Notes under the pieces: model-generated
The model's input: the letters and a program-made list of their open reading frames with translations, nothing else
What the model was told of the DNA's origin: nothing
Databases searched by the model: none
Assembly: GCA_034530875.2 (NCBI GenBank)
Contig: JAVRCJ020000013.1
Location: forward strand, 144,608-208,607
Direction of reading: 5' to 3'
DNA length: 64,000 nucleotides
Source of the DNA: Nostoc sp. DedSLP01
GTDB taxonomy: Bacteria; Cyanobacteriota; Cyanobacteriia; Cyanobacteriales; Nostocaceae
Shown here: piece after piece, positions 30,245-41,058 of the stretch
How the letters are laid out: every line of letters starts with the position of its first letter
How positions within the stretch are numbered: the first letter of the stretch is position 1
Program-made: the position numbers and the translations under genes

Positions 30245-31129
30245 ATGAAGGAACACGTTGAGGCTACTCCAGTTAATAACGCATTCTTTAGTCATACCAA
30301 CTTCACTCTGACTTCAGGGCCAGGAAACACTGAATCTTTCGTTCAAGATATTGCCACTTACTTTGTTCAAACTTGGATGGAGTCTCAACTACCTAATATG
30401 ATGAAAGTTTGGCAAAATTGGAGTAATGCCTCATCTGACGAAAAGCAAGAATACTTTTGTTATTTAAGAGATGCTTTGCTATCCGATGTCAAAGAAGACG
30501 ACTCCATTAGAGGGTACACAAATCCAGAAGTTTTAACAGGTTTTCGTTTAAAAGACAATCCAGAAACTTCTGAAGGACATACCAAGCCAATTGGTACATT
30601 TACAGAAACAATGTTGCGTTGGCTCAGAGCCAATTTCACTTCTCAACAATTATTAATTGAACCTGTTGTTCCTAAACCATCTGGAAGCGGATATATTGAC
30701 TTCATAGAAGTTACTGGGAAACCTAACGATTATTTATCTATGTCAGTTATATTGTGGGAAATAAAAGGCTCAGATCAGCAGGCAAGCGCACATAATACAA
30801 AAATATGTAAACAACTTGATGATTATCCAATGAGATTTTATGCAATAGCAAATTACATATGTGCTTCTTATACTGGTAATGATCCTGCATTGAAAAAATT
30901 TTTAAGAGATATGGCTAGATTAGTCAGAAATCATAGCCCTCAGGCTCATTATGGTGTTTTTATAACTCATGACGCAAATGTTACACAAAGTAAAGCTATA
31001 GTCCCTAATCTACATAAGCACCCTAAAGGCTATTCTGGTTCCCAAAAATCTCATAATTTAGTAGTTTTACTCATCCCAGATTTTAAAACAGTTCGCCTTG
31101 ATGTTTGGCGTGCCCTTTATTTAGCCTAA
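30245..31129 (+). CDS. Putative PD-(D/E)xK nuclease, Hachiman HamA-like
   Basis: GTFTE, GYIDFIEV, LWEIKG. About 300 aa, directly upstream of a Ski2-like helicase. Confidence 0.55.
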   Translation: MKEHVEATPVNNAFFSHTNFTLTSGPGNTESFVQDIATYFVQTWMESQLPNMMKVWQNWSNASSDEKQEYFCYLRDALLSDVKEDDSIRGYTNPEVLTGFRLKDNPETSEGHTKPIGTFTETMLRWLRANFTSQQLLIEPVVPKPSGSGYIDFIEVTGKPNDYLSMSVILWEIKGSDQQASAHNTKICKQLDDYPMRFYAIANYICASYTGNDPALKKFLRDMARLVRNHSPQAHYGVFITHDANVTQSKAIVPNLHKHPKGYSGSQKSHNLVVLLIPDFKTVRLDVWRALYLA

Positions 31130-31150
31130 TTTTTTTAGTATTAAAAGAGT

Positions 31151-34100
31151 ATGGAGAGGCTTCTAGAGTTTAATACATTAAAAGAGATATTTCGCGGGGA
31201 TCAAGCAGTAGGCAGTTTACAGGCTTATGCTGATCGCGTCCGAATGCTTCATCATCGATTTCTTGAATCTCAATTAGCTTCAGAGGAAGTAAGGTGGCTA
31301 GAAACTGATGAGTTGCTGAAGTTTGCCAATGATGCTGAATTTCTTGCCACTGAGTATACAAATCCACTCGTAATACAAGAAAGTGAGGGACTTCCTGTTG
31401 AAGATATTCCCAGCCGTCAGATTGTGCAAGATGCCCTTTCTCTTGCTGGCAATATTTTTGAATTTCTTGCAGACACTATTGATTTATATGAAAAGCAAAA
31501 TCTTGAACTAGAACTCTGCCAAAGTCTTGGAGGAACTTATCTCCTAAAACTCAAGTCTGCTCTGTGCTATGGATTAGGATTATATGAAGCACGTACTCAT
31601 GTAATCCTAAATCGATTAGTTGAAAATTTAGATTTACCATCTTTATTTAACCTCCAAAATATAGAGAGGTGGGCTACATATTTATTCTTATCTTTTCTAA
31701 GCCGTAATCTGCGTCAAGTACTTCGGATTGGGCAACATCTTCAGGAACAGATAAATTCAATTAGAGATTTATTGCAACAATCTTTAATTAGTCAAAATTC
31801 ATATAGTCAAGATTTTTATTATTTATCACATCAAGAAATTATAGATATCGCTACATCTTTATCATTAATAGAAGCTGCTATACAAGCATCTCAGGCATTG
31901 CTGAGAGGTAATTCAGAGTTAATCGCTCAAGCTCGGCAAAGCTTTGACAATGCTATTCAATATGTTTCTCAATTAGGTAATTATGAACGATTTTGGATTA
32001 TTCGTACTGCAAAAGAAATTCTAGAAAGAATCTGGATAAATAGTCCTTGGGTTCGTTTAGAAAACGTAATAAATCGTCGAACCTACTTAAGAAAACTTGT
32101 TGAAGATGGAATTGTTACCTTGTGGAATTCACAGATAGCAGCTCTTGAAATGCGATCAACTCTAGGCATTCTAAATGGAGGATATCTAGATGATCGTGTA
32201 AAGAGAGTTATTATCAATATGCCCACAAGTGCTGGAAAGACATTATTAGCAGAATTAGCTATTGCTCATCAAGTATTTTCTAGTATAGATTCTAAATGTG
32301 TTTATGTTGCTCCCTCAAGAGCATTATGTGACCAAGTAGCGGCTGATTTATCAAGTCGTCTAGCTCGTTTTAGGATTCGAGTGACTACTATGGTTAGTGA
32401 TAATGACATCACTGGATATGAAAGTATTATTTTTGGACGTAACAACGTAATTATCGTTACCCCTGAAAAATTGGGTTACTTAATTAGACAAGAAAATACA
32501 TTCATTTTTTCTTCTAAATTGTTTATTTTCGATGAATTACATAATATTGGTAAGCCAGAACGAGGGTGGTGTTATGAAGAATTAATTTCTCTCTTACTTC
32601 AAAATATTCAAACAAAAAATTCTAAAATGATTTTTTTGTCAGCAGTTATGCCAAATCATTTAACTGTTCAAGAATGGGTAGATCCTGAAAAAATCAATGA
32701 TACTATTAGTGAAATATGGCAGCCAACACGATTGTTAAAAGGAGTAGTCGTCTTTGATACAAAGCCTCCTAATTCTCAAGTAGAACTACCTGGGCATCTA
32801 ATTTACGTTCGCCGCAAAGAAGACTTAAATTCTCCTTTTAAGATTAACAATTTTATTCAATCAACGCAAATTCTTGAAAGGAAACCTGGCAATAAAGATC
32901 AACGAATCAGATGGCATCGTGACCGCAGTCAAAGTCACGGCAAAGTTCATCATGCAGTTAGTGCAGCTATCAAGTTTGCTCGATTAGGTTCAGTACTTGT
33001 ATACTGTCCTCAAAAATTGGATGCATCTCATTTTTGTGAAATTATTCAAACACGGAATCTTCCTTGGGTCAATATTCATCTTTCACATCTTCAAGAAGTA
33101 ATAGAGTTTGTTAGAGATGGACTATCTAATGGACATCCTCTTGTAAAAGCATTAGAATCTCAAGTTGCATTTCATCATGCCGGACTACCGCGTGAGGTTA
33201 GAAACGAAATAGAATATGCCTTCCGTAAAGGTTGGATTCGTATTCTAGCAGCTACTTCAACTCTAGTAGAGGGTGTTAATCTTCCTGTAAAAACTCTAAT
33301 TTTATCTGACTATTGCATAAGATATTGGGATGGCAAGAAAGAAGTAAAGAATGGAATATTGACTGGTCAAGAATTTAAAAATATTGCAGGTCGAGCAGGG
33401 CGTGCAGCATATGAAACAGAGGGTCAGGTAGTTTTTATCCAAGCAATTGATGGATATCCATACCGGATTTTTGATAATAATTTTGAAGAATATCTCAACT
33501 TGGAATCCAACTCATCGAGCTTAAATATAGTTAGTACATTTGCCAATGAATTTATTTTATCAGAACTCAGTCGTTTAGTTGACGAACTTGACAATAATCA
33601 ATTAACAGAACAACAATTAATTTTTGAAATTGAGTCTGCTTTAGAAGCACGTGATAATCTAAAACTTATTAATAAACTTCAAACTTTCACATTATTAATT
33701 CAAAAGCAAGATATGGTTACTGATGATGAAGAATCTTTTGTCAGAATTTTTCAAGGAACCTTCCTTGGCAAAATTATACCTAACATAGCTCCTCAAATTT
33801 TAGGCAGATTTTCTCATAGAACTGGAAGAGCTATAAAAAATCAAATTAGTCAAGTAAATCGGGATCTCTTTGCTCAAACTGGATTAAAAATTTCTACATG
33901 TAGAACACTTATGGCAAAAGTTGATGATTATTGGCAAACTAAAATACCAAACATAAATAATTTTTTATATAATACTTTTAATCATGATAATTTATATGAA
34001 ATAGCTGAAATTATTTATAACCTAGAAGATGAAGAAATATCTGCACAAAAGGATCTGAAAGCCACTCCCTCTGCTCGGAAGAAACGTGGTTTAGATGATG

Positions 34101-34954
34101 ATTCTGCCTTTTTTTCTGAATGGATTATTGGTTCTGAAAGAAATCCTAGTTTAATTCCCGACCATATACGAGATAGACACTTCTCTTTTATCAAGGAGGA
34201 ATCTTGGCGTGCCCAACAGTTTGTAGATTACACTCAAAATACGTTAGGATATAGAGCACCTTGGGCACTCAGCGCTTTTTGGTTTTTCTCAAAGGCTGTG
34301 ATTAATAATCATGGGATAGACTTGGCAAATACTCCCCTTGGCAAGGAGCTAGTTTTACTTCCTGCATATGCTAAGTTCGGAGTTAATACACCTGCCGCTG
34401 CATTATTCTCGACCCTTGGTGTTAATCCTTCACAGTTAGCGCGACAACTTGGTGACCTCTATCAACAACAGCATAGTGATACCGCTAGATATGATTATTC
34501 AAGGATGCTTAGTTGGTTGTTGCGTATAGAACCACTAGACTTAGAAGTTGCTGAAATAAGACTATCCTACATTAGAAGACTCACTAGGCTCTTGCAAAAC
34601 CTTCGACCTCTTGAAGAGTCAATACATGAGAGTGAAAGGGTTTGGGAAGTAAATTTTTCAATTGCAGGTTGGCAGTACTATCAAGGTGAAGAAGTTTTAC
34701 AAAGTTTGAGGCGTGGTGAGATTGTAATTTTAAAACCTGAACCTAATAATAGATACGATCCAAATGCTATTGAAATATTTGTTGAGCGTAACCAAGTTGA
34801 GATTAAACTTGGATATGTCCCAAGGGGTTTAGCATATGATATCAATTCGCGTATTGAAGTGGGTCAAGTAAGAGCAACCATTAGTAGAATTCTGCCATCT
34901 GATTCATCTTTTCAAAAGGTACATATCTATTGTGTAGACAGAAGTACGATTTAA
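31151..34954 (+). CDS. Ski2-like SF2 helicase (HamB-like) with C-terminal HIRAN domain
   Basis: MPTSAGKT, TPEK, DELH, LSA, HHAGL, TLVEGVNLP, NIAGRAGR. C-terminus IAGWQYY...EPNNRYDPNAI...LGYVPR is a HIRAN pattern. Confidence 0.85.
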   Translation: MERLLEFNTLKEIFRGDQAVGSLQAYADRVRMLHHRFLESQLASEEVRWLETDELLKFANDAEFLATEYTNPLVIQESEGLPVEDIPSRQIVQDALSLAGNIFEFLADTIDLYEKQNLELELCQSLGGTYLLKLKSALCYGLGLYEARTHVILNRLVENLDLPSLFNLQNIERWATYLFLSFLSRNLRQVLRIGQHLQEQINSIRDLLQQSLISQNSYSQDFYYLSHQEIIDIATSLSLIEAAIQASQALLRGNSELIAQARQSFDNAIQYVSQLGNYERFWIIRTAKEILERIWINSPWVRLENVINRRTYLRKLVEDGIVTLWNSQIAALEMRSTLGILNGGYLDDRVKRVIINMPTSAGKTLLAELAIAHQVFSSIDSKCVYVAPSRALCDQVAADLSSRLARFRIRVTTMVSDNDITGYESIIFGRNNVIIVTPEKLGYLIRQENTFIFSSKLFIFDELHNIGKPERGWCYEELISLLLQNIQTKNSKMIFLSAVMPNHLTVQEWVDPEKINDTISEIWQPTRLLKGVVVFDTKPPNSQVELPGHLIYVRRKEDLNSPFKINNFIQSTQILERKPGNKDQRIRWHRDRSQSHGKVHHAVSAAIKFARLGSVLVYCPQKLDASHFCEIIQTRNLPWVNIHLSHLQEVIEFVRDGLSNGHPLVKALESQVAFHHAGLPREVRNEIEYAFRKGWIRILAATSTLVEGVNLPVKTLILSDYCIRYWDGKKEVKNGILTGQEFKNIAGRAGRAAYETEGQVVFIQAIDGYPYRIFDNNFEEYLNLESNSSSLNIVSTFANEFILSELSRLVDELDNNQLTEQQLIFEIESALEARDNLKLINKLQTFTLLIQKQDMVTDDEESFVRIFQGTFLGKIIPNIAPQILGRFSHRTGRAIKNQISQVNRDLFAQTGLKISTCRTLMAKVDDYWQTKIPNINNFLYNTFNHDNLYEIAEIIYNLEDEEISAQKDLKATPSARKKRGLDDDSAFFSEWIIGSERNPSLIPDHIRDRHFSFIKEESWRAQQFVDYTQNTLGYRAPWALSAFWFFSKAVINNHGIDLANTPLGKELVLLPAYAKFGVNTPAAALFSTLGVNPSQLARQLGDLYQQQHSDTARYDYSRMLSWLLRIEPLDLEVAEIRLSYIRRLTRLLQNLRPLEESIHESERVWEVNFSIAGWQYYQGEEVLQSLRRGEIVILKPEPNNRYDPNAIEIFVERNQVEIKLGYVPRGLAYDINSRIEVGQVRATISRILPSDSSFQKVHIYCVDRSTI

Positions 34955-35356
34955 TGAATTTTACAAAAGATTTAATGATTGTGGCTAGAGACCTAACAAG
35001 TTACTGCAATGCACTGCTGTTTTGTACGTGGTGGCGTCGCAAAAACTGTGTATAACTTCTGATTTTTGCCATTCAAGGTGAATTTAGGTTTAATAGACCT
35101 ATTCATATCTTGCATCTCTACGTATAACCCCAGGTAAAGTAAAAAGGTGCACGATAAAGCTACCTCGTGTTTATAGTTTTTTTATAGCTAACTCAAGGGT
35201 TTTGCTTTTTTACTGAGTAATAAAATTACATCAATTTTTTGTGCAATATGTGAGCCTAGATAAATTATTATCGCTTTTTCTAATCTTACTGCCCATTCCT
35301 AAATCATCTTATTGTTAGGTCAGGGCCATGTCTATGATTAGGCTATATGTATGCCA

Positions 35357-35583
35357 ATTTAATCTAAAAAATCTTTATTTAAAATATTATTTTATTTAAC
35401 AGTTTTTCCCCTGAGAAAAATGTTTTTCAAATCTAAAAACCAGACTCTATAAGAGTTATACTGTCTGAAGCATTAAAAAAGAGTGTTAGTGAATAACTAT
35501 CTAATTTGCATTTAGGCTAGAAATAGGCTTTTTTATTCCATTGCAAAAAATATTGATTGAATTGACTTGTAAGAGCGATCGCT
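35357..35583. repeat. Inner, diverged copy of the nifD-element terminal ~230 bp
   Basis: Colinear with 36402-36630 and shares TTGCATTTAGGCTAGAAATAGGCT. Ends at HIP1 and lacks the 11-bp core. Confidence 0.9.
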
Positions 35584-35596
35584 CTTAACTCTGTTC

Positions 35597-36019
35597 TTAA
35601 AAATCCTCTGGCATAATCACAGAAATTAATTGGTTACGATTCTTGCGATAAATTCTAAAATCGCTATCAAATGTTAGCAACTCACTTTCAGAATACAGTT
35701 GTGTCATTCTGACCAAACACGCATCTGCTAACGACATTGGAACTGACTGATATTGCCGCAACAGTTCTTTAATTATTCCTGCTTCTTGACTCAAACACAT
35801 CGAAATTAATATATTTCCCTCAGCCAGTAAAGACATTACAGTTTCCTGACCACCGTAAATATTTCGCAACAAAAAACAAGTCTCTACAATTACAGCCTCA
35901 CAAGTAAGTAAAGGCTGCTCGATTGTTGCTAAGGTGTTAATTACCCAGCCATGAAGATACTCTCTACGATTAATAAAAGCTACTAATGGTCCTGTATCGA
36001 TGATGACTCGCTTCTTCAT
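35597..36019 (-). CDS. vapC: PIN-domain toxin (VapC family)
   Basis: IIDTGPLVA, VIVE, SLADA, LTFDSDF. Confidence 0.85.
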   Translation of the reverse strand: MKKRVIIDTGPLVAFINRREYLHGWVINTLATIEQPLLTCEAVIVETCFLLRNIYGGQETVMSLLAEGNILISMCLSQEAGIIKELLRQYQSVPMSLADACLVRMTQLYSESELLTFDSDFRIYRKNRNQLISVIMPEDF

Positions 36020-36255
36020 TCATTTCCTAAACCTTCAAGATATTGTTTGTTCGTCGCCAAATCACCTGGGCCATCATCGACACAACCAGCAAATTGTTGA
36101 GCGGCTGTCAAAAATGAAATAGGCTCAATTTGTTCACTCTTTGTATTTTTTTTTGCTAGCTGACTTTGCAGAAACTCAATAAAATCTAAGACCTCTTGTT
36201 GCTTCTCTGGTGGGAGTGACCTCATTTTTTCAGCGGCAGTTTGTATAATGCTCAA
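36016..36255 (-). CDS. Putative antitoxin (DUF2281-like)
   Basis: LPPEKQQEVLDFIEFL. Overlaps the toxin start by 4 nt. Confidence 0.75.
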   Translation of the reverse strand: MSIIQTAAEKMRSLPPEKQQEVLDFIEFLQSQLAKKNTKSEQIEPISFLTAAQQFAGCVDDGPGDLATNKQYLEGLGNE

Positions 36256-36401
36256 GGGAACCTCCAGACGTTATTCATTCGTCTTTTCTGCGTCCAATCA
36301 TTTCAGTCTAGCAGACTAACACTTTCTGGAGCAAACAGACAAATGAACCTAGTGTAAATACAAATTTTATCTGCTGCTGCTCAATTTAGCTGCTTCGCCC
36401 C

Positions 36402-36630
36402 ATTTAATCTAAAAAATCGTCATCTAAAATAGTCTTTTATTTAACAGTTTTTCTTTGAGCAAAATGCTTTTCAAATTGAAAAACCAGACCCCCATAAGAG
36501 TTATATTATCTAAAACACCAAAACAGATTGTTAGTGAATAATCCTGTAACTTGCATTTAGGCTAGAAATAGGCTATTTTTTATCCTGCTGCAAAAAATAT
36601 TGATCTAATTGACTTTTAAGAGCGATCGCT
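36402..36630. repeat. nifD-element terminal segment (outer copy, abutting the recombination core)
   Basis: Direct repeat of 35357-35583, ending at HIP1 36622-36629. Confidence 0.9.
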
Positions 36631-36635
36631 AGGTT

Positions 36636-36646
36636 CGGAGTAATCC
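36636..36646. other. nifD-element (XisA) recombination core
   Basis: CGGAGTAATCC (GGATTACTCCG on the nifD strand), the 11-bp repeat known from Anabaena PCC 7120, exactly where NifD homology ends. Confidence 0.92.
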
Positions 36647-37998
36647 CAGGAGTGCATTTGGCGGAAGGGTAGACCCATCTTTTGGAAGACGTACTTCTCT
36701 TTCACACCAGAAGCAATTAAGTCTGGCTTGAGTGCTTTTACAAATTCCTCGAATTCGTAAGCAGTTACGTCATCGTAAACGATGGTGCCGTTTTCGATGT
36801 AGTGGGTGGTACGTTTGTAGTCGTCGTTGTGAGCGAACTCATAACCTGTACCAATCATCTTCATACCCAAATCTTGGAAAGCGGGTACAACGTGGCGAGG
36901 ACGCAAACCACCAACCATCATCGCAACGGTCTTACCTTCCAAACGGGGGCGATACTTGTTAACGATCGCATCCATTGTGGGCTGATACTTAGCGATGATC
37001 TTCTCAGCGTTTTCTTGGATCTTGGAGTCAAATTTAGAAGCGATTTCCCGTAAGGATTCAGCAATCTTGGTGGGGCCGAAGAAGTTGTATTCCAACCAGG
37101 GTATACCATAAGCTTCTTCCATGTGACGGCTGATGTAGTTCATCGAACGGTAGCAGTGAATCAAGTTCATCTTTACGTTCGGTGTCATCAACATTTCGTT
37201 GATTGTACCATCACCAGACCACTGAGCAACTACGCGCAAGCCCAGTTCTTCTAACAGAATTCGGCTAGCCCAAGCATCACCACCGATGTTGTAGTCACCG
37301 ATAATTGCTACGTCGTAAGGAGTAGACTCGAATTGTAACTTGCCTTCTTTTTTCTCTTTGTCGGCTCTGGTGAACACCCAGTCACGCACCATGTCGTTAG
37401 CGATGTGGTGACCCAAGGACTGAGAAACACCCCGGAAGCCTTCGCAACGAACGGGAACAACTGGCTTGCCAATTTCTTTGGATGTATTCCGAGCTACTGC
37501 TTCGATGTCATCCCCAATTAGACCGATGGGACATTCAGATTGAATGGAAACACCACGGTTGAGAGGGAAAAGAACTTCCAATTCTTGGATCAGCTTGGTG
37601 AGTTTCTTGTCACCACCGAACACGATATCCCGTTCTTGGAAGTCAGAGGTGAAGTGCATGGTACCAAAGGTGTCTACACCTGTGGTACCAATATAGTAGT
37701 TACGACGACCAGACCAAGACCAGTAACCGCAACCTACAGGCCCGTGGCTGATGTGGATCATGTCCTTAATAGGACCCCAAACCACACCCTTAGAACCGGC
37801 GTAAGCACAACCACGAGCGGTCATTACACCAGGAAGAGATTTGATGTTAGATTTAACGCCGCAATCGCTCTTACCTTCTTCGTATACATTTAGGTGCTTT
37901 TCCCGTTTTTTAGCTGCTTTTTCGGGATAAGCGCTTAGTACTTCCTTAATTAGTTCTTTTCTTTCTTCGATGATGTTTTGATTTTCTGGAGGAGTCAT
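36636..37998 (-). CDS. nifD: Nitrogenase MoFe protein alpha chain, 5' part (interrupted)
   Basis: [48 protein letters not shown]. It then reads EPSDRS-stop instead of GPYHG. Confidence 0.97.
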
Positions 37999-38159
37999 TT
38001 TTGCCTCTCTAGCTCCTAAGGAACGGGGATAGGAAGGGGAACTTCGTCCCCTGTGGGGTTGGGGACTTGCAGTCCCCTTGGGGGATACAGGTAATCGGTA
38101 GAAACAAGGTAAAAGGTAAATTATGCAATTGTTTCCTTTCCCTTTTCCTACATCAGAGT

Positions 38160-39110
<951 letters not shown>

Positions 39111-39255
39111 TCACGCCTGTAAGAGCTATGGCTGTGAGGGTTTGTAGAACATCGCCGGTGGCGATCGCTCCACAGTCAAAACATAGATAAGTAAGTACAT
39201 ATATTTCCCGGTTAAATTTGTTTTCTTTTTGTATTTTGTAATTTGTCATTTTTCC

Positions 39256-39285
39256 TTAGTCATTAGTCAAATGACTAATGACTAA
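39256..39285. repeat. Perfect 14-bp inverted repeat built from heptamer (STRR) units upstream of nifH
   Basis: TTAGTCATTAGTCA-AA-TGACTAATGACTAA. Confidence 0.7.
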
Positions 39286-39385
39286 GAGATTACGCAATTT
39301 ACAAATACGTCGTAATTTGTTTCAGCTTGCAAAACTTAGTAGGAATTGACCTAAATATTCGTCAACAACTAATGTCTAAGTTCGA

Positions 39386-39742
39386 TTACTTGTTCAAAAT
39401 AGCGGGTTTCAAATTCGAGACACGATCTAGTGCAGCTTTTGTATCATCTGCGGATACTCCAGCTACAGACATTGATTCGCTCAGGTGCTTGGCGATCGCA
39501 TCGAAGTGTGGTTGCTGTAGTGCCATACCTGCATGGGTTTTGTCCATTGGACGACCGCTGTATTCCTTTGGCCCTTCAAATATTTGAGAGAAGAAAGTAA
39601 TCTGATGATTACGTTGTTTGACCATATCTGTATTAGCGAAAAAACCCTTGAGGCTGTTATCTGCAAGAATGCGTTTGTGAAGCTCATCTACTACTTTCTC
39701 AATAGTAGGTTTTCCGCCAATTTTTTCGTACAATGTACTCAT
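39386..39742 (-). CDS. glbN: Cyanoglobin (group I truncated hemoglobin), 118 aa
   Basis: MSTLYEKIGG...FFANTDMVKQRNHQ...GPKEYSGRPMDKTH. Lies between nifU and nifH as in Nostoc commune. Likely start is ATG 39742. Confidence 0.92.
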   Translation of the reverse strand: MSTLYEKIGGKPTIEKVVDELHKRILADNSLKGFFANTDMVKQRNHQITFFSQIFEGPKEYSGRPMDKTHAGMALQQPHFDAIAKHLSESMSVAGVSADDTKAALDRVSNLKPAILNK

Positions 39743-39833
39743 GTTTGTCTCCTTTGAAGCGAGTTGAATGACGGAATTTGCAATTAGGCGCTTAAGATTT
39801 TCGCCTATATGCTGTGGGTTGTGAGTAGGACTG

Positions 39834-39929
39834 ATACCAATTCGTAATTCGTAATTCGTAATTCGTAATTCGTAATTAAGAAAGTAAGATTTCGTATCAA
39901 TCTGTAGCTTTCTGTTTGCGAATTGGTAT
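39834..39929. repeat. STRR array (AATTCGT x5) inside an ATACCAATTCG/CGAATTGGTAT inverted repeat
   Basis: Read directly from the sequence. Confidence 0.8.
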
Positions 39930-40033
39930 GAAACATTGAGTGGAGACAATTATTCAATTCAAATCCTACTTTCTGTTCTTAGCTGAGGCTTATTCGGGCG
40001 TATTTGTAGAGTACGTAAGCTCTACAGGAATTT

Positions 40034-40933
40034 CTAAACTGCTTCGACTACAAGGTTTTTGCTGACACGATCTTGTAATCTAGCTTCGATCGCAATTTTC
40101 AAAGTTGCTGTGCTACTAGAACAAGAACCACAAGCGCCTTGCAGAACAACTTTTACGCGATCGCCTTCTACATCATAAAGTTCTACATCTCCTCCGTCTG
40201 CAATCAAAACGGGTCTAACTTCTTCGTCGAGAACTTTTTGAATGAGGGCAATCTTTTGGACGTTGGTTAGCGATCGCTCTTTAGAAGTAACAATTTCTGT
40301 GGCAACTTTTACGCCGTAATTGTTGAGATCCGGTGCGATTGCTTCTTGTCTTACTGATTTAATAATATCATCAATATTCGCCAGACAGGAACCGCATCCG
40401 CCACCAGCTTTTACATAATTTGTTACTTGTTCGGCATCAGTGAGATTATTTTCTAAAATCACGCGACGAATTTTGGATTCGCTAATACCAAAACAGCTAC
40501 AAACTAATGCGCCTTCATCATCATCATCATGGCTATCTAACGGAATGCCACGATAATTATAGATTGCTGCTTCTAAAGCTTCTTGTCCCATAACAGAGCA
40601 GTGCATCTTGGCTTCTGGTAAACCACCCAAGTAATCTGCAATGTCTTTGTTGGACACTTTCAAAGCTTCATCTAAAGTCAAACCTTTAACCATTTCGGTT
40701 AATGCACTAGAAGAAGCGATCGCACTTGTGCAGCCAAAGGTTTGAAAGCGGGCATCAAGAATTTTATCAGATTCTACCTCAACCTTGAGGTGCAATCTCA
40801 GAGCATCACCACAAGCAATGCTACCGACTTCGCCCGTTGCAACCTTAACACCAGGTTCGCTAACTTCTTCAATTTCCCCCTGGTTTTGGGGATTGTAAAA
40901 CAGTTCTAATACTTTATCTGTGTAGTCCCACAT
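40034..40933 (-). CDS. nifU: Fe-S cluster scaffold NifU
   Basis: GSIACGD, FGC, KMHCS, CSCF...GGCGSC, GACGSC. Confidence 0.97.
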   Translation of the reverse strand: MWDYTDKVLELFYNPQNQGEIEEVSEPGVKVATGEVGSIACGDALRLHLKVEVESDKILDARFQTFGCTSAIASSSALTEMVKGLTLDEALKVSNKDIADYLGGLPEAKMHCSVMGQEALEAAIYNYRGIPLDSHDDDDEGALVCSCFGISESKIRRVILENNLTDAEQVTNYVKAGGGCGSCLANIDDIIKSVRQEAIAPDLNNYGVKVATEIVTSKERSLTNVQKIALIQKVLDEEVRPVLIADGGDVELYDVEGDRVKVVLQGACGSCSSSTATLKIAIEARLQDRVSKNLVVEAV

Positions 40934-41058
40934 ATTGAGTTATGAATTATGAGTGATGAATGGGGAGTGGGGAGTGGGGAGTGGTAAATTGTGAATGATG
41001 GGTAGTAAATTCTTTATTCGCTATTCCCTACTCCCCACTCCCTATTCCCTTTTCCTAA

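Larger units (their letters stand above)
1..36635. mobile_element. Presumed nifD excision element (partial; only the nifH-proximal end is visible)
   Basis: nifD is truncated at the canonical nifD-element site. No second CGGAGTAATCC copy, xisA, nifD 3' part or nifK was seen in 1-36635, so the extent is inferred. Confidence 0.55.

Noticed and set aside
36616..36635. Apparent NifD C-terminus EPSDRS
   Set aside because: Read-through into element DNA beyond the recombination core, not a true terminus or a pseudogene lesion.
39834..39880. Possible CRISPR array
   Set aside because: Contiguous 7-bp tandem repeats with no spacers. No CRISPR array or cas gene was seen in the window.
39743..39949. 69-aa N-terminal extension of glbN in the ORF track
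   Set aside because: It runs through STRR repeats (NYELRIT). ATG 39742 has an RBS and gives the expected 118 aa.
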